Assembly: GCA_046758445.1 (NCBI GenBank)
Contig: JBHIAE010000033.1
Span: forward strand, 1-30,810
Reading direction: 5' to 3'
Length of the DNA stretch: 30,810 nt
From: Candidatus Thorarchaeota archaeon
GTDB taxonomy: Archaea > Asgardarchaeota > Thorarchaeia > Thorarchaeales > Thorarchaeaceae
Below the pieces are notes generated by a model. It made no database searches, was not told the DNA's origin, and saw only the letters and a program-made list of their open reading frames with translations. A program made the translations under genes and the position numbers. Positions 9,034 to 18,455 of this stretch are shown in pieces. Positions within the stretch are counted from its first letter, which is position 1, and each line of letters starts with the position of its first letter.

Positions 9034-9462
9034 ATGGCCGAGAAAGGAGTTGCACAGGTCTGGAGGAGAATTCGGTCGATATACAATATAGAAGGAATCG
9101 TCTGCAAGAATTGTGACACGTACTATTTCCCACCGCGGCTGGTGTGTCCGAAATGCAGACGGAAGGGACAGCTAGAGGAATACAAATTCAAAGGCCTCGG
9201 AAACATCCATACTTTTGCAATCGTAAGGCAGGCTCCTGAGAACTTCAAGCGTCAGGTGCCATACGTGGTAGCTCAGGTGGAACTTGACGAAGGGGCTCGA
9301 ATCACGGCCCAAATCGTGAACGTTGACCCAGAAGATGTAGAAATCGGAATGAGAGTGAGAGCTTGCTTCCGCAAGATCATGGAGTACGGAGAGGGAGGGC
9401 TTATCGTATACGGTTACAAGTTCGAGCCTGTTCTGAAGGTGACAGGACATCCGTACCCATGA
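9034..9462 (+). CDS. DUF35 Zn-ribbon/OB-fold scaffold protein of the thiolase-HMGCS complex
   Basis: CKNC..YFPPR.VCPKC Zn ribbon, OB-fold ending YGYKF, and the conserved position after thiolase. Confidence 0.93.
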   Translation: MAEKGVAQVWRRIRSIYNIEGIVCKNCDTYYFPPRLVCPKCRRKGQLEEYKFKGLGNIHTFAIVRQAPENFKRQVPYVVAQVELDEGARITAQIVNVDPEDVEIGMRVRACFRKIMEYGEGGLIVYGYKFEPVLKVTGHPYP

Positions 9463-9469
9463 AAAGCTT

Positions 9470-10168
9470 TCATGTCCACAAATCCAGCTCAGTTATGCCA
9501 CCGACAGCTGGAAAGGCAACGTTCCGAATCACTGATTGACCGATTACTGCCTTGTGGGTAGATGAATTGTGTACATGACCGTGTATCACCAGGTCCGGCT
9601 GTTGCTTCTGGACGACCTTGTAGAACTTCCTACTTCCTAGCCATGCAAATGCCTTATTGTCCTCACCTATACATGTTTCAAGACATGGGCTGTAGTGCAT
9701 TAGGAGTATGGTTCGATCCACTTTCTTTCGTAGTTTCTTCAGCAGGGATGAGGCTCTAGCCGCTCTTCGTTGGAAGATTCGTTTTATGCTTGGTATGTGG
9801 CGCCTCTGCCAGTTCGTGGCCTTGTCTAGCGAGCCTTGAGTGCCAACGACTCCTACCTTCACGCCGTCAGCATCTATGGTCGATGACTTCTCATCTAAGA
9901 ACTCAATACGGTCGCCAGCAATCGCGACCAGCTCTTTCCGGATTTCAGAGTATTCTTCATTTCCAAAGCAAGAAACAATCGGGAAATCTGTTCCTAGTTT
10001 TGCCTCAATCACGTCGAGGACTCCAAGTATCTCATCCACCTTACCCCGGTCGATCATATCTCCCGCCATCAAGAACAGATCAGGGTCTGATGACTTGGAT
10101 AGACCTTCGATGAACTCTTCCAGAAATCGAGGACTATGTACATCTGCAACCGCGAGTATCTTCATCAC
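9470..10168 (-). CDS. Calcineurin-like metallophosphoesterase
   Basis: ADVH, AGDMID, FGNEE (in place of GNHD), MHYSP and IHGHVH motifs. Confidence 0.9.
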   Translation of the reverse strand: MMKILAVADVHSPRFLEEFIEGLSKSSDPDLFLMAGDMIDRGKVDEILGVLDVIEAKLGTDFPIVSCFGNEEYSEIRKELVAIAGDRIEFLDEKSSTIDADGVKVGVVGTQGSLDKATNWQRRHIPSIKRIFQRRAARASSLLKKLRKKVDRTILLMHYSPCLETCIGEDNKAFAWLGSRKFYKVVQKQQPDLVIHGHVHNSSTHKAVIGQSVIRNVAFPAVGGITELDLWT

Positions 10169-10204
10169 TGTAACACTTTGCCCTGATGGTTAGTTTCTAA
10201 GCGG

Positions 10205-10431
10205 AAACAAGGATATTAAGGTTTCAAGATGTGGAACCTAGGCGTAGTTGTTTTCCTGTTTGGGCCTTCGTTTGAAGATATCCCAGTAGACTACATAGAT
10301 GATGACTCAGGAGATCGCTAAGGCTAACCAAGTTCCAGGGTCAGTTATCCAAAACGTGATTGTCATTTGAATAGCTCTCTGGCGTGCCTACAAGGATTCT
10401 CACTGGTTAAACAAGGATATTAAAGTTTCAA
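10205..10431. repeat. 23-bp direct repeat (10205-10227 and 10409-10431), resembling BRE+TATA on the minus strand
   Basis: AAACAAGGATATTAAGGTTTCAA versus AAACAAGGATATTAAAGTTTCAA (22/23 identical). The reverse complement TTGAAAC(C/T)TTAATAT resembles an archaeal promoter. Confidence 0.85.
10238..10366 (-). pseudogene. Small single-pass membrane protein ORF interrupted by an in-frame TGA
   Basis: Hand translation gives MTITFWITDPGTWLALAIS*VIIYVVYWDIFKRRPKQENNYA, with TGA at 10309-10307. The ATG lies about 43 bp downstream of the second promoter-like repeat. Confidence 0.4.
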
Positions 10432-10456
10432 AACACAGAAGCAGGATGTGTGACTA

Positions 10457-11446
10457 ATGGGTGGCACGTATGCTCTGAACCTCTTTGACCGACTTCATCT
10501 CGGACATCGCTCGATGATTGAAAGACTCTCGGATATGCGACAGCCTGCCGCAATCGTAACTGACGGCGAGTTGATGGGCGCAGACCTTCCGTTGGAGAGT
10601 ATCATACAGCCACTAGAGGTGCGCATTGCGAAGCTCAAGGAGTATCTTGAGCAGGTTCAGCTCAGTAGTTCAATTCATGTGACTTCCATGTCTAGTCACG
10701 ATGAGCTGCTCTCAGTCGAGGGGCCCGCCACATTTCTGATGTATCAAGGTCCGTGTTGTGACGAGATTAGGGCGGGTGCATTGGCGAAAAGAACCAAGGA
10801 ATTAGATTACGAAGACGAGCTTGACTATATGACAACTGTTCGGGCATTTGATGGCAACAAACTGACTTCAGCACGTATACGGAAAGGCGAAATCGATAGA
10901 CAGGGTCAGCGTCTGAGAGGGACTAAAGAACCACCTCGAAGACTTGACCTATCTGTGCGTGCAAAGCTCAAGGCACCAAAAGGCGATGTCTATGATAAGA
11001 AAGATGGAGCTCCAGAGGAGCAAGTCGTTGCTAGGATTAGACACGAAGAGCCAAAGACTGTTGTTGCAGTTGGTGATGTGACGAGTGCCACCATGATTGA
11101 ACAGGGGTACTCACCTGATGTGGCCATCGTAGATGGCATTACCAAGAGGGGCAAATTCGAAGAGAAACTCACAGGAGAGCGCGAGTACGTCTTCTACAAT
11201 CCTGCCGCGGTGTTATATCCAGAAGCGTGGTCGACAATTGACACGGCCATTCGAGACAAAGGAAAATCGCTAGTGACTGTAGAAGGAGAAGAAGATCTGA
11301 TGGGATTCCCTGCCGTTCTACTCGCTCCGAATGGCTCGGTCATGGTGTATGGCCAACCAGATGTCGGCATCATATGGGTTCCTGTGGACAAAAGCAACAA
11401 GAGTCTGGCACGCGCGTTTCTTGAGATGATGCCAATCATCACCTAG
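10457..11446 (+). CDS. Bifunctional phosphopantetheine adenylyltransferase / GTP-dependent dephospho-CoA kinase (DUF359) fusion
   Basis: N-half has FDRLHLGH (HxGH) and KLTSARIRKGEID. C-half has VGDVT, IVDGITKR, NPA, VEGEEDL and YGQP.VG, the DUF359 signature motifs. Confidence 0.85.
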   Translation: MGGTYALNLFDRLHLGHRSMIERLSDMRQPAAIVTDGELMGADLPLESIIQPLEVRIAKLKEYLEQVQLSSSIHVTSMSSHDELLSVEGPATFLMYQGPCCDEIRAGALAKRTKELDYEDELDYMTTVRAFDGNKLTSARIRKGEIDRQGQRLRGTKEPPRRLDLSVRAKLKAPKGDVYDKKDGAPEEQVVARIRHEEPKTVVAVGDVTSATMIEQGYSPDVAIVDGITKRGKFEEKLTGEREYVFYNPAAVLYPEAWSTIDTAIRDKGKSLVTVEGEEDLMGFPAVLLAPNGSVMVYGQPDVGIIWVPVDKSNKSLARAFLEMMPIIT

Positions 11447-12963
11447 CGTGCTCTTAGCATGGCTCTCGGGATTCTATCAATACAGTCCGTGGGTACGATA
11501 TGGTTTCCTAGATCTTGGAAAGCTAGCTCACCTGCGAGCCCGGACACATAGGCTCCTGCAGCAGCAGCGAAGAAGGCGCCTTTTCCTTGGGCCAGTAGAG
11601 CGGCCACAATTCCTGTCATGACATCCCCTGTCCCGCCAACAGTCATGGCCGGGACACCTGTTCGGTTCAGCTTGTATCGACCATCAGGACAAGCAACAAT
11701 ATCAACTGGACCCTTCAGTAGAACAACAGAATTGTACTTCTGTGAGGCCATCACTGCCTTGTCTATCTTGTCATCCGTCTCCATCGATTCAGGAAGACTC
11801 TCCTCGAGAAGCAGAGCAAGCTCTCCCCAGTGCGGAGTCAATACGACATTGTCGGCTGTGAATTGAATCTCCGAGCCTGCAAGTGCCTTCAGTCCGTCAG
11901 CATCCACAACCATTCGCTTTCCGAACGACCCAAGCTTCTCTGCTATGGTCCTCACAGCTGAAATGGTTTCCAGATCCATTCCAAGACCAGGTCCAAGAGC
12001 CACAACATCTTGGTTATTCGACTCGTCCAGGACCGCCTCTGCAGCCTCTTGCAGAAGTATCCTTGTTCCTAGGCTACTTACCATGAGGTTAGGACTGTAT
12101 GAACGGACTGCAGCCACCACTGATTCTGGAACCAAGACGCTAACAAGGTCAGCACCCGTCCTCAGTGCAGCCATCCCGGCCAATGCGGGCGCTCCAGAAT
12201 AGACATCGCTACCGCCAACCACGAGGATTCTACCGAACTCACCCTTGTGGGCGGTGGCACGCCGTGGTTCATTGAATAGCGATAGATCTCCCGGCCCGCA
12301 GAGCCGCAAGGCCTCGGCTGGAATCCCAATTGAAACTACGACCTGTTTGCCCACGTGTTCCTTTGCATGTTTGAAACCAACCTTGGGGGCATGCAAGGCT
12401 ATCGTAAAGTCGGACTTCGCGACAAGCCCGTGCGCTGCGCCGGTGTCCGAATCAATGCCAGTAGGTACATCAACTGCGAACTTCATGGCGCTCGACTTGT
12501 TGAAGGCCTTCACTGCAGTAACGATTGGTTCTCTTACGCGGCTCTTCAGGCCAAAACCCATCATGGCATCGATTAAGACATCAGCCTCAAGTATGGATTT
12601 GCATGCCTTGACTGATGATTCAGTCTTCAGAACATCCTTTTTGATATCGTGAAACCTCTTGAGAATCTCCCAATTTAGGAGGGTATCTCTGTTTGATATG
12701 TCGTTCTCAGAACCAAGAAGATACACCTCAACAATAGCACCCTCTTCTTGTAGGTACCTAGCTGCAACAATCCCATCCCCACCATTCCCGCCAAGGCCAC
12801 AGAGAATAACAACTCTCTTGCCTTCAACACTTCTCTTCTGGGCCACTATTCTCGCAACTTCTCTTCCTGCGTTCTGCATGAGCATGCTGTGGGAGATTCC
12901 CAGCAGATTCGCATTGAGCTCTAATACCCGCATTTCCTGAGATGTGAGTGGGGATTTCTGCAT
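11443..12963 (-). CDS. nnr: Bifunctional NAD(P)H-hydrate epimerase/dehydratase (YjeF)
   Basis: LMQNAG, G.GGNGGDG, D.MMGFG, AVDVPTG, HKGEFG, YSGAP, GPGLG, VDAD, TPH.GE, GGTGDV. ATG 12963 preferred over 12972. Confidence 0.95.
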   Translation of the reverse strand: MQKSPLTSQEMRVLELNANLLGISHSMLMQNAGREVARIVAQKRSVEGKRVVILCGLGGNGGDGIVAARYLQEEGAIVEVYLLGSENDISNRDTLLNWEILKRFHDIKKDVLKTESSVKACKSILEADVLIDAMMGFGLKSRVREPIVTAVKAFNKSSAMKFAVDVPTGIDSDTGAAHGLVAKSDFTIALHAPKVGFKHAKEHVGKQVVVSIGIPAEALRLCGPGDLSLFNEPRRATAHKGEFGRILVVGGSDVYSGAPALAGMAALRTGADLVSVLVPESVVAAVRSYSPNLMVSSLGTRILLQEAAEAVLDESNNQDVVALGPGLGMDLETISAVRTIAEKLGSFGKRMVVDADGLKALAGSEIQFTADNVVLTPHWGELALLLEESLPESMETDDKIDKAVMASQKYNSVVLLKGPVDIVACPDGRYKLNRTGVPAMTVGGTGDVMTGIVAALLAQGKGAFFAAAAGAYVSGLAGELAFQDLGNHIVPTDCIDRIPRAMLRAR

Positions 12964-13089
12964 GTGCAACACCCGTGTGATAGTGGAGAAGGTTCCAGAC
13001 TAATGAACTCTTTCAGTGTCAGTCCAATGGAAGCTTACATCACAGGAAGATTGATTCGCTCGGCAGGCACGTAGCGCGTACAAGTAGAC

Positions 13090-13782
13090 ATGCGAGGACC
13101 CGCGATGACGGAGTACTACTCAGCACATCTGTCTGCAGAACGTTTGAAGAGGTGCTATGAGATTGCGCCGCCTCGCATAATGAGGTATCTCAAGGCTGAG
13201 CTGGAATTTGTTGCTCGTCAGGTAGATCCATTTGACCTCGTGCTAGAATTGGGCTGTGGTTACGGGCGTGGCTTGAAGGAGATCTGTGGTCACTCCGGGG
13301 ATGTTGTTGGAATCGATATTTCAGGTGAGAGCCTGAAGTATGCCCTCGATTTCGTCGATTGTGGAAATCTAGTACAGCTGTCACAAATGAATGCGGTTAG
13401 TCTTGCTTTCAACAATGATGTCTTTGATGTCGTGATCTGCATACAAAACGGCATCTCAGCCTTCGGCACAAGTCCCATTGAACTTGTCCGGGAGAGCCTT
13501 CGCGTTACGCGCCCCAATGGATTCTGTCTATTCTCAAGCTACTCAGACAAGATTTGGGAGGAAAGGCTTGAATGGTTCTCGATCCAGTCTGAGGAAGGCC
13601 TCGTTGGCGAGATAGACTGGGCCAAGACAGCGAAAGGACACATCGTCTGCAAGGACGGGTTTGAGGCCACGACATTCAGACCGGGCGACTTCAGAAGGAT
13701 TGCCCAGGAAGTCGGTTTCACCCCCCATCTGATTGAAATCGATGAATCGAGCCTATTCTGCTGCATTGAGAAGGGCGCGTGA
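13090..13782 (+). CDS. Class I SAM-dependent methyltransferase
   Basis: VLELGCGYG, VGIDIS, FDVVIC, LRVTRPNG. Confidence 0.9.
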   Translation: MRGPAMTEYYSAHLSAERLKRCYEIAPPRIMRYLKAELEFVARQVDPFDLVLELGCGYGRGLKEICGHSGDVVGIDISGESLKYALDFVDCGNLVQLSQMNAVSLAFNNDVFDVVICIQNGISAFGTSPIELVRESLRVTRPNGFCLFSSYSDKIWEERLEWFSIQSEEGLVGEIDWAKTAKGHIVCKDGFEATTFRPGDFRRIAQEVGFTPHLIEIDESSLFCCIEKGA

Positions 13783-13853
13783 CATGTTGGAATAGCTCGG
13801 TGTGTCACCCTGTTTCCAAATCCTTTTATGACCAATATAGTCGAGGCCAAATC

Positions 13854-14321
13854 ATGCTCGAGCCTTCCAGAGAAATCCTTGTTTCAGAGCTAGTTTCTTT
13901 GCTACAGAGGATTCAGCAACGTCTTGGATACATCCCCAAGGAGGCTGTACAATGGTTGGCAGAAGAGATGCACATCAGCGAGCAGGAGGTCTATGGCGTT
14001 GCCACATTCTACAAGAACTTCAGATTCTCTCCTCCGGGCAAGCATCAGGTAAAGATGTGCATGGGGACAGCTTGCTTTGTGCAGGGAGGCGAGAAACTCC
14101 TCTCAGCCACTGTTGAAAGGTTAGGTGTCAATCCTGGAGAAACGACTCCAGACGGAAGGTATAGCTTGGAAAGGGTGGCTTGCCTTGGTTGCTGTGCTCT
14201 CGCGCCTGTAACGGTGGTTGACGACGAGATTCATGGCAAAACGACTCAGCGGTCTATTTCAAGGCTCTTCAACAAGATCGACAAACAGGACAGACAAGAA
14301 GCCAAGGGGGTGTGCAAGTGA
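13854..14321 (+). CDS. NuoE/HydC-like [2Fe-2S] subunit (BfuC-like)
   Basis: VYGVATFY, CMGTAC and CLGCCALAP. ATG 13854 is preferred because a TATA-like TTTTATGA lies about 25 bp upstream. Confidence 0.93.
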   Translation: MLEPSREILVSELVSLLQRIQQRLGYIPKEAVQWLAEEMHISEQEVYGVATFYKNFRFSPPGKHQVKMCMGTACFVQGGEKLLSATVERLGVNPGETTPDGRYSLERVACLGCCALAPVTVVDDEIHGKTTQRSISRLFNKIDKQDRQEAKGVCK

Positions 14322-16144
14322 CCAGTGATGATCTCAGGACTGTGTTCATCTGCAGAGGAACCGGATGCGAGTCATCGAAATCAGCTGAGCTCCATGAAAT
14401 GCTGGAGAATGAAGTGGACCAGCACGGACTCGAGCACAGTGTTCAGGTCAAGAAAACGGGCTGCCATGGATTCTGTCAGCAAGGTCCAATAGTCAGCGTC
14501 GAGCCAGAGGGCATTTTCTATGTCATGGTGAAGGAATCTGATGTCTCCGATATTGTCGATTCGCATATCATCAGAAACCAACCCGTGGAGAGGCTCTTCT
14601 ACGTGGAACCGAATTCTGGTGAGAGAATTCCCAAGTATGACGACATCCCATTTTACGCTCACCAGCATAGGATTATCCTTAGAAACTGCGGTGAGATTGA
14701 TCCAGAGAACATTGACGACTACATAGACAGAGGAGGATATGAGGGCCTTAGAAAGGCAATCACGGAGATGACACCTGAGCAGGTAGTGGAAGAAGTAATG
14801 GAATCCGGCCTAAGAGGAAGAGGCGGTGCGGGATTCCCAACCGGAATCAAGTGGAAACTCGGAAGGAATGCACCAGGAAGCCAGAAGTATGTCGTAGCTA
14901 ACGCAGACGAAGGCGACCCTGGAGCATTCATGGACCGATCCCTGTTGGAAGCCGACCCTCACAGTGTATTGGAAGGCATTCTGATTGCCTGTTATGCGAT
15001 CGGGGCAAGTGATGGGTATATCTACGTGCGTCACGAGTATCCTCTTGCTGTAGAGCGGTTTCGAAGAGCGCTTGATGATGCCAGGGAGAGAGGGTTTGTT
15101 GGACAGAATGTGTTTGATAGAAACTTTGACGTCGAAATCCATGTGAAAGAGGGAGCAGGCGCATTCGTCTGCGGCGAAGAAAGTGCACTTCTTGCTTCCA
15201 TTGAAGGCAAACGAGGAATGCCCAGGCCCAGACCCCCATACCCAACCGAGTCCGGTTTGTGGGGGAAGCCCACCGTGATCAACAATGTGAAATCACTGGC
15301 ATCGACTTCTGTGATTATCTCCAAAGGCGCCAAATGGTTTGCTGGGTTTGGGAGCGAGGAGAGCAAGGGTACAGCAGTCTTCGCGCTTACTGGCAAAGTC
15401 GAGAACTCAGGCCTTGTTGAAGTGCCAATGGGAACAACTCTGCGTAAAGTCATATTCGACATTGGTGGAGGGATTGAGAACGACGCGGAGTTCAAGGCTG
15501 TTCAGACAGGTGGTCCTTCGGGCGGCTGCGTGCCCGCTGACAGCCTTGACTTGCCAGTGGACTATGACTCTCTGACTCAAGCGGGCACAATGATGGGCTC
15601 CGGAGGGATGATAGTAATGGACGAGACTACATGTATGGTCGATGTGGCTCGTTTCTTCTTGTCGTTCGCCCAAGAGGAGTCCTGTGGAAAGTGTGTCCCG
15701 TGTAGAGTCGGAACACTACAGATGCTTGAGATATTGGATAAGATAAAGGCTGGAGAGGGTGAGGATGCTGACATAGATATGCTCGAGAAATTGGCCTTGA
15801 CTGTCAAGGAGGGTTCACTATGCGGGCTCGGAGAAACTTCACCGAATCCCGTGCTGACGACACTTCGGTACTTCAGAGATGAGTATGTCGAGCATATTGA
15901 GAAGAAGAAGTGCAAGGCAATGGTATGTAAGGCTCTGATCAGGTACAGAATTGACCCGGAAACCTGCATAGCATGCGGAGCATGTAAGAGAATATGTCCA
16001 GCGAATGCTGTCACTGGCGAGAAGGACGTTGTTCATGTCATAGACGAGGACCTATGCATCAAATGTGGTGCATGCTTCGAGGTCTGCCCCCCCAAGGCTA
16101 ACTCGGTCGAGAAGGTGCCAGCCTTCGAGAAAGGAGGTGCCTAG
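14318..16144 (+). CDS. NuoF/HydB-like FMN/NADH-binding subunit (BfuB-like)
   Basis: N-terminal CRGTGC..GCHGFC, GRGGAGFPTG, NADEGDPGAFMDR, CGEE, GGPSGG, ESCGKCVPCR..SLC, H....C...VC and two C-terminal CxxCxxCxxxCP motifs. GTGA start/stop overlap with the preceding gene. Confidence 0.95.
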   Translation: MTSDDLRTVFICRGTGCESSKSAELHEMLENEVDQHGLEHSVQVKKTGCHGFCQQGPIVSVEPEGIFYVMVKESDVSDIVDSHIIRNQPVERLFYVEPNSGERIPKYDDIPFYAHQHRIILRNCGEIDPENIDDYIDRGGYEGLRKAITEMTPEQVVEEVMESGLRGRGGAGFPTGIKWKLGRNAPGSQKYVVANADEGDPGAFMDRSLLEADPHSVLEGILIACYAIGASDGYIYVRHEYPLAVERFRRALDDARERGFVGQNVFDRNFDVEIHVKEGAGAFVCGEESALLASIEGKRGMPRPRPPYPTESGLWGKPTVINNVKSLASTSVIISKGAKWFAGFGSEESKGTAVFALTGKVENSGLVEVPMGTTLRKVIFDIGGGIENDAEFKAVQTGGPSGGCVPADSLDLPVDYDSLTQAGTMMGSGGMIVMDETTCMVDVARFFLSFAQEESCGKCVPCRVGTLQMLEILDKIKAGEGEDADIDMLEKLALTVKEGSLCGLGETSPNPVLTTLRYFRDEYVEHIEKKKCKAMVCKALIRYRIDPETCIACGACKRICPANAVTGEKDVVHVIDEDLCIKCGACFEVCPPKANSVEKVPAFEKGGA

Positions 16145-16145
16145 C

Positions 16146-18455
16146 ATGCCTGAGCTTTTCGTCGATGGGAAGAAGGTTCACTATGATAAGAACATTAGAT
16201 CAGTGCTCGATGTTGTAAGGTCCGCAGGTATCCATGTTCCCACACTCTGTGACCATCCTGAACTTGAGCCCTTCGGGGGTTGCAGGATGTGTCTGGTGGA
16301 GATTGAGGGATGGAAGGACCTTGTTACAGCCTGCACCACAGTCCCACAGGAGGGAATGGTAGTCAAGACCGACACAGAAGAACTGACAAGAATGAAGAGG
16401 AATATCCTGCAATTGATACTGAGGGAGCATCCTAGTGCCTGTCTGGTTTGTTTCGAGTGGCCAGATTGCCTGAAGTACAGGCACGAGTCCTACAGGGCCG
16501 GAGCAGTAACGGGATGCAATACATGTCCCAATCGAGACATCTGTGAACTCGGAGAGGTTGTCGAGCATCTCGGGATCAGGGATCTTGACTACGACCCACA
16601 ATACAAGTCCGTACCAATTGAGAGAGGCGATCCCTTCTTTGATCGAGACTATAACCTGTGCATCCTTTGCGCGAGATGCGTCAGAATGTGTGAGGAAGTC
16701 AGAGGAACGGGGGCCATAACCTTCTCTCAAAGGGGTCATGAAACCAGAATAGACACAGCGTTTGGGTCATCACACATTGAGAGTGGATGCTGGTTCTGTG
16801 GAGCCTGTGTTGACGCTTGCCCGACTGGTGCATTGATGCCCAGGATGACCAAGTGGACAGGCACAGCTGACTCAGAACAAGAGACCACTTGTGTTCTCTG
16901 CGGGATGGGATGCCAGACAAGGCTGGATGTGAAATGGGAGAAGGTGATGGGCTCAGGACCGGGAGCGACCAATAGCTCTCCCAACCGCGGTCACATGTGC
17001 GTTCTAGGCAGATTCTGCATTCCATCCTTGGTCAATGCCCCGGACAGGATGAAGAGGCCTCTTGTCAGAAAGGATGGGGAGCTCGTTCCAGTATCGTGGG
17101 TTGATGCACTTGACCAAGTCGCAGAGATTCTGTCTGAATCAGAGGCGAGTCGGGTGGGCTTCGTCGGAAGTCCGCAAATGAGTACAGAATCTGCATACCT
17201 ACTCAACAGGCTGGCGCGGGCCGGTGTCAAGAGTGCAAATATCGACTTTCGAGGCTCCGACTTCGCGGCGCTTGTCCACAAAGAACTGGCCCGGGAACGG
17301 GACTCTGCCCGAATTCGCACTCTTGACTACTTGGAGAACGTTGACTGGATTGTTTCAGTGGGCGGTGATTTCGTCAAGACCCATCAAGTAGTCGCGAAGG
17401 CAGTATACAAGGCCGTGAAAGGTGGGGTCCCTTTAGTCGTACTTGACGAAGTCGGCAGGAATCTGCAACGCTGGGCAACGGAGTATGTTTCCCTTCCGCC
17501 AAAGAAGATTCAGCCAGTTCTTTCAAAGTTAGCTGAGCATGATGCAAATCTACGGGGAGTTGGTCGTCAGCAGGCAAAAAGACTAGTCGACATCACTAAG
17601 GATGGAAGAGGGGCAGTCATAGTAGGTCCACGAATACTTGAGTCCAAGGAACCGGGGCTCGCCTTGCGTGCACTTGTAAGGCTAGCAGAAGAGGGTGGTT
17701 CGATATTTCCACTATTCCCACTGGGCAATGAGGCGGGAGTCATCAGAGCAGGCCTAAGACCTGAGATGCTGCCGGGCCCTTCATCGATCACTGTTGAATC
17801 AGCAAGATCATCCGTTGAGAAGGCGTGGGGTGCCTGCAATCTCACTGACGGACTAAACCTCAAAGAGATGCGGCAGAAAGCCCAGAAGGGCCAGCTAGAT
17901 GTACTCTACGTTGCAGACGGTTCTGTTTCTTTGAAGGGCTTTGAGAAAGTTCCCACAGTCATCTACCAATCCCCATATCCGTCCAGTTGGGTCAATGTTT
18001 CAGCCGTCATTCTCCCGTCCACAACCTTCGTTGAGGAGGAAGGGACATTCGTGAATCTTGAGATGATGCCACTCAAGATGAAGAGAGTTGTCAAACCGCC
18101 TGGAGAGGCCAGGGAAGACTGGCGCATCTTTGCAGACATAGGGGAAAGGATTGGAGCAGAGGGATTTGCTCTCGCTGATCCGGATGCGATCTGGGATGAG
18201 CTTCTACACTTCTCACGTAGCATCGAGATTGGAGGACAGTCTAGAAGGGCGTCATGGAAGCCTGCCTCGAAAGAGGAGGATGAATGGTACCCGAGCTACA
18301 GGGGTGCAACGCTACCTGCGAGAATTGAAGACCTGGCCATCTTCATAAAGGCATTGCCGGAGCGGGATGTGCCAACTCCCGAGGAAACTCTGGATGAGTT
18401 GCTGGGACGTCTAGAGAGAGAAACAGCTCCTGAAACAGAGGGGGTGTCTGGATGA
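16146..18455 (+). CDS. NuoG/FdhA-like multi-FeS subunit lacking a recognisable catalytic site (BfuA-like)
   Basis: PTLC..GGCRMC..TAC [2Fe-2S], H-x3-C-x2-C-x5-C, two ferredoxin-type [4Fe-4S] motifs, TTCVLCGMGC..C, and a molybdopterin-oxidoreductase-like remainder (VILPSTTFVEEEGTFVN). ATG 16146 follows GGAGGTG. Confidence 0.88.
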   Translation: MPELFVDGKKVHYDKNIRSVLDVVRSAGIHVPTLCDHPELEPFGGCRMCLVEIEGWKDLVTACTTVPQEGMVVKTDTEELTRMKRNILQLILREHPSACLVCFEWPDCLKYRHESYRAGAVTGCNTCPNRDICELGEVVEHLGIRDLDYDPQYKSVPIERGDPFFDRDYNLCILCARCVRMCEEVRGTGAITFSQRGHETRIDTAFGSSHIESGCWFCGACVDACPTGALMPRMTKWTGTADSEQETTCVLCGMGCQTRLDVKWEKVMGSGPGATNSSPNRGHMCVLGRFCIPSLVNAPDRMKRPLVRKDGELVPVSWVDALDQVAEILSESEASRVGFVGSPQMSTESAYLLNRLARAGVKSANIDFRGSDFAALVHKELARERDSARIRTLDYLENVDWIVSVGGDFVKTHQVVAKAVYKAVKGGVPLVVLDEVGRNLQRWATEYVSLPPKKIQPVLSKLAEHDANLRGVGRQQAKRLVDITKDGRGAVIVGPRILESKEPGLALRALVRLAEEGGSIFPLFPLGNEAGVIRAGLRPEMLPGPSSITVESARSSVEKAWGACNLTDGLNLKEMRQKAQKGQLDVLYVADGSVSLKGFEKVPTVIYQSPYPSSWVNVSAVILPSTTFVEEEGTFVNLEMMPLKMKRVVKPPGEAREDWRIFADIGERIGAEGFALADPDAIWDELLHFSRSIEIGGQSRRASWKPASKEEDEWYPSYRGATLPARIEDLAIFIKALPERDVPTPEETLDELLGRLERETAPETEGVSG

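Noticed and set aside
10298-10380. C/D box sRNA (ATGATGA box C)
   Set aside because: No box D (CTGA) at a suitable distance on the same strand.
10205-10431. CRISPR mini-array
   Set aside because: Only two repeat copies with a 181-bp spacer, and no cas genes.
16146-18455. Selenocysteine formate dehydrogenase alpha subunit or [FeFe]-hydrogenase
   Set aside because: No in-frame TGA, no Cys/Sec-His active-site motif, and no H-cluster motifs.
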